Below, one piece after another: positions 1 through 12,304 of a DNA stretch of 32,990 nucleotides (the stretch's first letter is position 1; every line of letters starts with the position of its first letter). Source of the stretch: Candidatus Krumholzibacteriia bacterium (lineage in GTDB: Bacteria; Krumholzibacteriota; Krumholzibacteriia; LZORAL124-64-63); assembly GCA_047639735.1 (NCBI GenBank), contig JBLIOK010000002.1, forward strand, positions 1-32,990. The letters run 5' to 3'. The position numbers and the translations under genes are program-made. The notes below the pieces were generated by a model, which worked only from the letters and a program-made list of their open reading frames with translations, was not told the DNA's origin and did no database searches.

Positions 1-855
1 GTGGCTACCGGAACGACGCTAGCGACTACTGGTGTCGCTGCTGATTTGAATTGGCGCCAGGGATTCAAGTTTTTAGGCGAGACAAAGTGGTATGGCGCCT
101 GGTCGGCTATGACTCTTGCGTCAGTTGAAGCCCGTAATACCGGCGACAATGTGCGCGGCTTGATGGCCTTGGATCCCAAGGTGATTTTTGACAAAAGCAC
201 CGCCGTCTTGGGCGACCTCAATTTCAGTGAGGAATTGGTTTTTTTACAGCATGTGCGCACGGTCGATTTACGGGCGAAATTCACTTTTCGTGAAACGGTG
301 GATCGTCAATTTGCCGCTAGCCCAGAAGATCGCACCAAACGGATCTGGCAATTGACAGGGAACGTGAATGTGTCGCGGCGCAGTTCGGTCAAGTTGCGTT
401 GGCAACGAGATGACGACCGGCGCTATACAGGCGAATCCGATTTCAGCGCCCGCCGCAGTTTGCTGGTGTTGATACGCCGCTACGAGCTAGGCTGGAATTA
501 CAGTCCGACCACAGATCTGCGTTTTGGCTTGCAAGGCGAGTATATCTTGCGCGACGATGATATATCTGGCGTGAAGCAGGATGAAATTGCGCTGCGTCCG
601 ACGAGCCGCGCGCGGTTGAAGAAAGCGTGGACTTTGCAGGCGGATTTGCGATTTGCAAAAGTGAATTCGGACGAACCCATTGGAGCCTTGCGTCCCTTCT
701 TTTTTCCGCAGGCCGGAGCGAACATCGAGTCCTCATTGCGCTTAGCCTGGGATCCTTCGGGATTCTTATCAGTGGCTGCTAGTTGGTTCACTCAAAAACG
801 CGGCGAAAGGAGGTGGCAACATGATGTGCGTCTGGAAACAACAGCGAGATTCTAA
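1..855 (+). CDS. Outer-membrane beta-barrel protein, C-terminal fragment (5' end lies outside the window)
   Basis: Reading frame is open from base 1 to TAA 853-855. Alternating polar/hydrophobic strand-like pattern. Ends ...VRLETTARF with a terminal Phe, the typical OMP C-terminal beta-signal. Confidence 0.6.
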   Translation: MATGTTLATTGVAADLNWRQGFKFLGETKWYGAWSAMTLASVEARNTGDNVRGLMALDPKVIFDKSTAVLGDLNFSEELVFLQHVRTVDLRAKFTFRETVDRQFAASPEDRTKRIWQLTGNVNVSRRSSVKLRWQRDDDRRYTGESDFSARRSLLVLIRRYELGWNYSPTTDLRFGLQGEYILRDDDISGVKQDEIALRPTSRARLKKAWTLQADLRFAKVNSDEPIGALRPFFFPQAGANIESSLRLAWDPSGFLSVAASWFTQKRGERRWQHDVRLETTARF

Positions 856-2737
856 ATCCGCATCCCTATATTGTCCGCTCGCGCCCCGAAGTTTGAGATG
901 GACCAAAATTCTTGTTTTGACCCTTGGCTTGCTGGTCATTGCGGACTCGGCAATGGCGCAGCGCCGGGTCGTTGTTGAATCAAAAACGAGCGGTCAGAGC
1001 GAGTCCCAACGCGTGACCACCTGGACGCGTGAGGATACGCGTTGGTTGGGCAGTCTCTCGGCACAAGACTTTGCCTTGCGGCGCCATATCGTGGCCGAAG
1101 CTACGAATGATTCGTCTGTCGTTGCCCTCCGAAGCCTTCTTAGCGCATCTCGTGCGACTGCTGGCACAGACACGGCTGTGGCGGTTAGGTTGGTGGAATA
1201 TCGGTTGCGCGACCGCTGGTACGCCCGTGGGTACTTGGGCGCGAGCGTCCTCGCCGCCGGTGACACCTTGCGTGTGATGACCGGTGATTTGTGGCACATC
1301 GGCTTGTGGGATTTGGGTGGCGCCGATTTTCCTGGTCGGAAACGATTGCTCTCCACATGGCTGCCTCAGGTCGGCGATGTCTTCCGTTCGGCCGATGTCG
1401 AGCGCGGAATAGAGAGAGTATTGGCGGGCACGGGAGAATCAGGTTTTCCTTTTTCGCGATGGGTCACCCGAGAACTCAAGCTGCACCCAGAACAAAAGCT
1501 TGTAGATATCAAGGCCTCTTTATTGCCGGGCGAGGCCGCTTACATCGGACCGATCACCAGCGATTTAGTCGAACCGCGGGCACGTGACTTTCTGGCAAAA
1601 TCGTCGGGCTTGGGTCAGGGGGAACTGTTTCAACATTCGAATCTGGAGCGGGCGGTGGATCGGCTCTTGGCCCGCGATCTGTACACGCAGGTCGGCACAC
1701 CTCGGCTCTATCTGACCTCTGCGGTTGATACGGTGGGTGTGCATTTCCCCGTGGTTGCGCGAAGGAAAGTGAATCGCTTACAAGTCGTCTTAGGCTTGAG
1801 TCGTCGTGAAGAAGGGGGCAGTCGAATCAGTGGTGAAGTCGACTTTCGCCTGCCAAACCTTGGCGGATCCGGTCGCAACCTTGCCATTTTATGGCGCGAT
1901 GATGGACAAGACAAAAGCCAATTTGGATTTAGTTACATGGAGCCCTTGGCCTTTGGCACAGGATTGGATATGGCTTTGGCCTTGGAAAATGAAGTCCAGC
2001 GCGATGTCTATACCCGTTTCCAATTTGACAACACCTGGAGTCTGCCGGTTGTGGCTTTGTGGGGTGTGGATTTGGGCGTAGGTTGGGATCGCTCCACCTA
2101 TCCGTTAGGGGATTTGGAAAGCACTCGACGGGTTCGGGCCCGCGGTGGCGTCGAACACAAGCGTGGCGATCGTACACGCAGCGGATGGCATGGACTCTTT
2201 AGCATTGAAACGGCCTGGCGCAGCTCGAAACTACGCCCGGACTCTGGAGTAAGCGGGGCCCTTGGCGAGGCTGTGACACAGCGGATATTCCGCGTTGATA
2301 CCGGCGGCGAGTTATGGTTGAGTTCGACCATGAGCGCCTTCGCCAGAGCGTCCTTTCGGCAACTGACCGGAGGAGAGCGTAATGTGCCGCTTTCAGAGGA
2401 ATTCCGCTTTGGCGGCGCGGCCTCCTTGCGCGGCTATCGAGAGGACGAGTTTCATGGCAGCCAGGCGGCGTGGGGGGCGGTTGAACTTCGGATTGGGCGA
2501 GCGGAAGGCTCGCGGCTTTACACGTTCTTTGACCTGGGGTATTTTCAATTCTGGAATACGGATCCGCTCGCGCTCAATCCAGATGAACTGATTCGTTTTC
2601 GGGGCTGGCCTCGGGGGTACGGACTCGGTATCTTTGCCCGCACCCCGGGCGGAGACATCTCCTTGGCCATCGGATTTCCGGGCACGGTCGATTTTGATCA
2701 GGCCAAGTTGCACGTCGCTCTGTTGGAATCATTTTGA
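821..2737 (+). CDS. Omp85/BamA-family (D15 surface antigen) outer-membrane protein
   Basis: 638-aa ORF. Strong SD AAGGAGGTG (807-815) lies 5 nt before ATG 821. Signal-like stretch ILVLTLGLLVIADSAMA. C-terminal Omp85 barrel hallmarks FRFGGAASLRGYREDEF and terminal ...ALLESF. Overlaps the upstream barrel gene by 35 nt. TTG 893 is an alternative start. Confidence 0.8.
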   Translation: MMCVWKQQRDSKSASLYCPLAPRSLRWTKILVLTLGLLVIADSAMAQRRVVVESKTSGQSESQRVTTWTREDTRWLGSLSAQDFALRRHIVAEATNDSSVVALRSLLSASRATAGTDTAVAVRLVEYRLRDRWYARGYLGASVLAAGDTLRVMTGDLWHIGLWDLGGADFPGRKRLLSTWLPQVGDVFRSADVERGIERVLAGTGESGFPFSRWVTRELKLHPEQKLVDIKASLLPGEAAYIGPITSDLVEPRARDFLAKSSGLGQGELFQHSNLERAVDRLLARDLYTQVGTPRLYLTSAVDTVGVHFPVVARRKVNRLQVVLGLSRREEGGSRISGEVDFRLPNLGGSGRNLAILWRDDGQDKSQFGFSYMEPLAFGTGLDMALALENEVQRDVYTRFQFDNTWSLPVVALWGVDLGVGWDRSTYPLGDLESTRRVRARGGVEHKRGDRTRSGWHGLFSIETAWRSSKLRPDSGVSGALGEAVTQRIFRVDTGGELWLSSTMSAFARASFRQLTGGERNVPLSEEFRFGGAASLRGYREDEFHGSQAAWGAVELRIGRAEGSRLYTFFDLGYFQFWNTDPLALNPDELIRFRGWPRGYGLGIFARTPGGDISLAIGFPGTVDFDQAKLHVALLESF

Positions 2738-2782
2738 CCTGACCTCTCTGCTTGGCGCCTGTGCGACGAGCGGCGCGGTTGA

Positions 2783-7586
<4,804 letters not shown>

Positions 7587-7604
7587 ATCAGAAGGACGGT
7601 CTCT

Positions 7605-9212
7605 GTGAACACGATCCCCACAAAATATGTCATCGGTGATGACAGTTTGGATCTGGACTTGTTTGCTCGTATTTGCCGAGCAGAAGTGACAGTGGAACTG
7701 GGTGATGGTGCTCGTCAGAGGATCGCCAAGTGTGATGACTTCCGTCAGGAACTTATTAAGTCTGGCGAACGCATTTATGGTGTCAACACGGGCTTTGGAA
7801 AGTTGGCTGATACGGTTATCCCGCAATCTGATTTGGCCCTGCTTCAGGTCAATTTGATCCGCAGCCATGCCGTTGGTTGGGGGACAACCCTGAATTTCGA
7901 AGAGGCGCGCAGCTTGATCATGCTGCGGGCACAAAGTTTGTCGCACGGTTTCAGCGGCGCTCGTGTTGCCGTGGTCGAACAGTTGCTTTGGTTACTTGAA
8001 AAAAAACTGCACCCTTGGATTCCCTCTCGCGGATCGGTGGGGGCTTCCGGCGATCTGGCTCCGTTGTCTCATCTGGCTTTGGTGCTCATGGGGGAAGGGC
8101 ATTTTATCGACGCCGATGGGGAGCGGGTCGAGGCCGCGCCGGTACTGAAACAACTCGGCCGTGAGCCGCTGGTTTTGGAGGCCAAAGAAGGTCTGGCTCT
8201 GATCAATGGCACGCAGTTGATGAATGGTTTGGGATTGCTCGGGGTGCATCGCGCCCAACGTTTGGTGCAACGGGCAGTGCTCGCGGCGACCCTCAGCCTC
8301 GAAGCCCTCGAAGGCGGCGCCAAACCTTTTGGTGAAACCTATCATTCCATTCGTCCGCATCCAGAAATTCAAGCGGTGGCTGCCAGTTTCCGCGCCTTGC
8401 TTAAAGATTCTGCCATTCTTTCCGGGCATCAGGACTGCACAAGAGTACAAGACCCTTACTCCGTGCGTTGCAGCCCTCAAGTTTTAGGCGCCACCTTGGG
8501 CGTCGTTCGGCAAGTGGGGCGGGTGATGTTGCGCGAGTCCGGCTCAGTGACCGACAACCCAGTCTTGTTTCCAGATGAAGGGAAGGTTGTTACCGGCGGT
8601 CATTTTCACGGCCAGCCTTTGGCCTTCCAACTCGATTTTTTGTATCAAGCGGTTTGCGAATTGGCGAACATCGCCGAACGTCGGATCAACCTGCTCTTGA
8701 GTGGCAACAATGGTCGTCTGCCCAGATTCTTGGCCGACCAACCGGGTTTAGAGTCGGGATTGATGATCGCGCAGTTTTTGGCCGCGGCCTTGGTGACCGA
8801 GAACAAAAGCAAAGCTTTTCCTGCGGCCATTGACTCGGTGCCAACCAGCGACAATCAGGAAGACCACGTTTCTATGGGCAGTATCTCGGCTTTGAAACTT
8901 GAGGGTGTGCTTTCTCGAGTGGAAGCTGTTGTGAGTTTGGAATTGATCACGGCTGCTCGAGCCATTCAGTATATTAGCGAACCCGCGCTAGCGGCAAGAG
9001 CCGGGCGCGAACCTTTGAAATTGTCGCCTGCGATGCAAGACCTTTTGCAGGAATTAGACCAATTGGCCGACTTGTCCCCCGGCGATCGACCTTTGACCGA
9101 CGACCTGAGCGCGGTCAGTGATTGGGTCCGTCATGGCTCGTTGCCGGCCGCAACTCGTGACTGCCTTTCCCCACTATATTGGGACGGCGCCAAATGGGGA
9201 GATGTGCTATGA
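7605..9212 (+). CDS. hutH: Histidine ammonia-lyase
   Basis: 535 aa. GSVGASGDLAPLSH contains the Ala-Ser-Gly triad that forms the MIO cofactor. NQEDHVSMG motif present. GTG 7605 is preceded by GAAGGA 8 nt upstream. Confidence 0.95.
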   Translation: MNTIPTKYVIGDDSLDLDLFARICRAEVTVELGDGARQRIAKCDDFRQELIKSGERIYGVNTGFGKLADTVIPQSDLALLQVNLIRSHAVGWGTTLNFEEARSLIMLRAQSLSHGFSGARVAVVEQLLWLLEKKLHPWIPSRGSVGASGDLAPLSHLALVLMGEGHFIDADGERVEAAPVLKQLGREPLVLEAKEGLALINGTQLMNGLGLLGVHRAQRLVQRAVLAATLSLEALEGGAKPFGETYHSIRPHPEIQAVAASFRALLKDSAILSGHQDCTRVQDPYSVRCSPQVLGATLGVVRQVGRVMLRESGSVTDNPVLFPDEGKVVTGGHFHGQPLAFQLDFLYQAVCELANIAERRINLLLSGNNGRLPRFLADQPGLESGLMIAQFLAAALVTENKSKAFPAAIDSVPTSDNQEDHVSMGSISALKLEGVLSRVEAVVSLELITAARAIQYISEPALAARAGREPLKLSPAMQDLLQELDQLADLSPGDRPLTDDLSAVSDWVRHGSLPAATRDCLSPLYWDGAKWGDVL

Positions 9213-10531
9213 GCGGCGAAATGTTATCCATATTGAACGATGCTACGGCAGAACAAGTTGATCTGGTTGTCTTGAATATTGGTCAATTGTGCACAGTGCA
9301 TGCGCCTGAAGTGGAGGGCCTCGGCCCTCGGCGGCGTCAGGATATGTCGAAATTGGGGATAGTCACGGGGGCCGCCATGGCTATTGGCGACGGGCGTATT
9401 CTGGCCACTGGCCCGCAGTCCGAATTGCTCGGACACTTCTGGCAGGATGCAAAAGTGCCCGCAGCCGTCAATACATTCGACGCCCTCGGTCATGCGGTTA
9501 TCCCCGGCTTTGTGGACCCGCACACCCATACGGTCTTTGGCAAAACCCGACAAGACGAATACGAACGTCGCATCAAAGGCGAAACCTATCTGGAGATCGC
9601 CGCCGCCGGTGGTGGCATCCATTCTTCGGTCGCTGATACCCGAACTCGTGACGAAGCCGAACTGACCGCTTTGGCCATCGAGCGGCTGCGCGAAATGCAA
9701 AGCTGGGGCACGACTACTGCCGAAATCAAAAGTGGCTACGGGCTCACCTTGGCCGACGAAGTGAAAATGTTGCGGGCAGGCCAAGCCGCGGCCGATGCCA
9801 CGGGCATGCGAACGGTCTTGACGTGTTTGGCGGCTCACGAAATGCCGGCGGAATATCGTGAAGATCGTGGTGCCTACATCAGGCTGATCACCGAAGAGAT
9901 TCTGCCTTTCGTGGCGCGTGAAGGTTTGGCCGAACGATGCGACGTCTTCTGCGAACCGTCGGTCTTCAATTTGGAAGAAAGTGTGATCATACTCAGCCGG
10001 GCCCGTGACCTGGGCTTGAGGCTCACCGTACATGCCGACGAATTGCAGGCCTTTGGCGGAGCCGTTTTGGCCGTTAGAATGGGCGCCGACTCGGCAGATC
10101 ACCTGATCTGCATCGATAAAGCCGGCCGCGAAGCGTTGCAGACGTCATCGACTGTGGCAGTGATGCTGCCGGGAACCGTTTTCTCGCTGGGCTTGCCCAA
10201 ATATGCTCCTGCCCGGGAAATGGTGGACGAAGGGTGCGCGGTGGCTTTGGCGTCAGACTTCAATCCAGGCAGCAGTCCGGTGCTTTCCATGCCTCTGATA
10301 ATGTCCATCGCCTGTACGCAAATGCGCCTCACACCTGCGGAAAGCCTCGTCGGAGCCACTCTCAACGCTGCTTGGGCCCTTGGCCGCCAAGAAGAAGTGG
10401 GTTCTTTGGCTCCCGGAAAATATGCCGATTTTATTGTTTTGGACGGCGCTGACTACCGTTTGGTGCCCTATCGGGCCGGACACAACCCGGTGTCAGCCGT
10501 TTTCCTTGGTGGACATAAGATTAATGCTTAA
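9209..10531 (+). CDS. hutI: Imidazolonepropionase
   Basis: PGFVDPHTHTVF (HxH metal site), HADEL, ADHL and ASDFNPGSSP motifs. ATG 9209 overlaps the hutH stop (ATGA, 9209-9212), so the upstream part of the tracked ORF (9179-) is probably not translated. Confidence 0.94.
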   Translation: MSGEMLSILNDATAEQVDLVVLNIGQLCTVHAPEVEGLGPRRRQDMSKLGIVTGAAMAIGDGRILATGPQSELLGHFWQDAKVPAAVNTFDALGHAVIPGFVDPHTHTVFGKTRQDEYERRIKGETYLEIAAAGGGIHSSVADTRTRDEAELTALAIERLREMQSWGTTTAEIKSGYGLTLADEVKMLRAGQAAADATGMRTVLTCLAAHEMPAEYREDRGAYIRLITEEILPFVAREGLAERCDVFCEPSVFNLEESVIILSRARDLGLRLTVHADELQAFGGAVLAVRMGADSADHLICIDKAGREALQTSSTVAVMLPGTVFSLGLPKYAPAREMVDEGCAVALASDFNPGSSPVLSMPLIMSIACTQMRLTPAESLVGATLNAAWALGRQEEVGSLAPGKYADFIVLDGADYRLVPYRAGHNPVSAVFLGGHKINA

Positions 10532-10640
10532 CCCAGCCTCATTCTGAGCGAAGAATAGCCAAAGGAAACCATTGGAAATCGCCATTGGTTTTCCCTGTTA
10601 AGACCGCGTTGGTCACCTGGATATTACGGGGAGCTATCTT

Positions 10641-12206
10641 TTGTCGAAGCTCAGTACACTGAAGCAAGATGCCTACAAGGCTGGTAAAAAGAAGAATTGG
10701 GCCCAAGCAATTCTCCTTTACGAACAGATCCTTGAGCAGGACAAGAACAATCCGACTGTGATTAACGAGTTGGGTGATCTGTGTCTCAAAGGCGATGAAA
10801 GTCGTCGGGCCGTAAGCTATTTTCTCAGCGCAGCGGCCAAATACCGCACTACCGGGCTGCTCAATAATGCAGTCGCTATTTACAAAAAGATTTTGCGCCA
10901 CGAGTCCGATAATTTGAACGCCCATTGGTATCTGGCCGAAACTCGGGCCAGCCAAGGACTGATCGTCGAAGGTGAAAACCACGGCGTGCAATTCTTGGAC
11001 AGCAGTGAAAATGTCAGCGGCGATATCAAAGAAATTTTCCTCAAACGGTGCCAAGAACTCTTCGGATTGTTTCCTGAGAGCCGCGTGATTCTGTCGCGGC
11101 TGGCGCAAATATTCCGCATGTGGAGCATGGAACTCGAGGCTGCTCGGGCAGATTGTTTGGCCGCCTGCTTGGATTATGCTGGTGGCAAGGAAACAGAAGC
11201 GCGCCAATCTATCGATGATTTGACGGCAAAAGTTCCTGAAGTCATGAATTATTCTGAGTTCACGAAGTGGAACGTTTTGCTCAATCCCGAGAGCGCGGCG
11301 CCAGCAGTTGATAGCAGCTTTGGCAATGTGTCTTTCGGTGAAGATGAAACGTCAGCGGCGCCCGTTGCTGAAATCGATTTTTCGAGTCTGGAAAATCCGG
11401 CACCTGCCCACAACTCGGGCTCATTTGACGACTTGAATCTTAATGATACCCCAACCGCTGGTACGTCGGCACCGAAGGATGCTTTGGTTCCCCCAGCGCC
11501 AGACGAAAGTCCTTTGTTGAGCAAGCCTGTGCCTGCACCGGCTCCGGCACCCGTGGTTGTCGATGATAGCGATGACGATGGTTGCTTTGACATTGGTGGA
11601 GACACTGGCGGCGTTAATTTTGACGACCTCATCGATCAAGCCGCCGAGGGCTTGCACAGCGATGAGCCGGCGTCAGAAGTATTGGCAGCTCCGGCCGACA
11701 AGGACATTGATGCTGGTGATAGCGTCGACTTGCTTAGCCAAATGTTGGCCAAAGAAAGCGATGATACCGACCAGGCGTCAGGCGAGTTGGCCACGATCAC
11801 GTCAGAGATTGGGTCAATTGTAGGGGGCGAAGGCGAAGGCGACGACGCCGAACGTCTGTACGAAATGGGAATGGTCTATTTAGAAATGGGCATGTTCGAC
11901 CAAGCTTGTGAAAGCTTCGAGACTGCCGCAGCAGATGAGAAGTACAGTGTCAGGGCTCACGAAACATGGGGCGTCACTTTGCAGAGAGCCAACCGTCACG
12001 ACGAGGCTATCGAAGTGCTCACCAATGGTTTGGAGTTTGCAGAAAAGGGTTCCCGAGAATACCAAGGCCTGATGTACCATTTGGGCATGGCCATGGAAAA
12101 ATCGGACAAGACCGATGAAGCGATCGAGTGCTTTCGCAAGATCAATGACGTCAATCCCAAGTACCTGGATGTGGGACGCCGATTGGCGAAATTGACCGCT
12201 GTTTGA
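10641..12206 (+). CDS. TPR-repeat protein with a long acidic/Pro-rich low-complexity linker
   Basis: 521 aa. TTG start lies 7 nt after GGGGAG (10628-10633). N-terminal TPR-like helices (AILLYEQILEQDKNNP..., AVAIYKKILRHESDN). Middle of about 190 aa is rich in D/E/P/A/S (PVPAPAPAPVVVDDSDDDG). C-terminal TPR-like helices (AERLYEMGMVYLEMGMFDQACESFE...AIECFRKINDVNPKY). Confidence 0.7.
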   Translation: MSKLSTLKQDAYKAGKKKNWAQAILLYEQILEQDKNNPTVINELGDLCLKGDESRRAVSYFLSAAAKYRTTGLLNNAVAIYKKILRHESDNLNAHWYLAETRASQGLIVEGENHGVQFLDSSENVSGDIKEIFLKRCQELFGLFPESRVILSRLAQIFRMWSMELEAARADCLAACLDYAGGKETEARQSIDDLTAKVPEVMNYSEFTKWNVLLNPESAAPAVDSSFGNVSFGEDETSAAPVAEIDFSSLENPAPAHNSGSFDDLNLNDTPTAGTSAPKDALVPPAPDESPLLSKPVPAPAPAPVVVDDSDDDGCFDIGGDTGGVNFDDLIDQAAEGLHSDEPASEVLAAPADKDIDAGDSVDLLSQMLAKESDDTDQASGELATITSEIGSIVGGEGEGDDAERLYEMGMVYLEMGMFDQACESFETAAADEKYSVRAHETWGVTLQRANRHDEAIEVLTNGLEFAEKGSREYQGLMYHLGMAMEKSDKTDEAIECFRKINDVNPKYLDVGRRLAKLTAV

Positions 12207-12214
12207 CCTGAGTA

Positions 12215-12246
12215 TGGGCGGTTGCGAGACCGCCCAACTCTTTGCT
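12215..12246 (+). terminator. Candidate intrinsic terminator after the TPR gene
   Basis: Perfect 8-bp stem TGGGCGGT/ACCGCCCA (12215-12222 / 12229-12236) with 6-nt loop TGCGAG, followed by a moderately T-rich tail ACTCTTTGCTT. Confidence 0.5.
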
Positions 12247-12304
12247 TAGGTTTCCGCGTTTCTCAAGGCTTGCTCCCTCGTGCTCCAGCTCTTATGATGC
12301 GTTT

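Noticed and set aside
1291-1306. TGGCAC words inside coding regions (for example 1291, 8203, 24678, 31392)
   Set aside because: No TTGC/GC element lies at the required N5/N10 spacing, and all are intragenic.
9224-10102. Long minus-strand ORFs (9224-10102, 17184-18125, 20264-20986, 31311-32048, 31822-32559, 5832-6440, 22093-22677) lying inside hutI, pilT, pilS, pilQ, dinG and pilR
   Set aside because: Each is fully antisense to a plus-strand gene with unmistakable family motifs. Their translations are Arg/Gly/His-rich with no recognisable motifs, typical of shadow ORFs in GC-biased coding DNA.
10565-10596. Possible terminator hairpin after hutI (GGAAACC ... GGTTTTCC with duplicated CCATTGG)
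   Set aside because: The stem is only 7 bp with a bulge, the loop is 16 nt, and no U-tract follows. Too weak to call.
10598-10627. Sigma-70-like TTAAGA-N18-TATTAC upstream of the TPR gene
   Set aside because: The implied transcription start would fall on or after the GGGGAG RBS, leaving no usable leader. The hexamers are weak.
10539-11207. 222-aa minus-strand ORF spanning the hutI/TPR intergenic region and the start of the TPR gene
   Set aside because: It has no motif and no RBS that I can see. It overlaps the better-supported plus-strand TPR gene, which has a GGGGAG RBS and helical-repeat periodicity.
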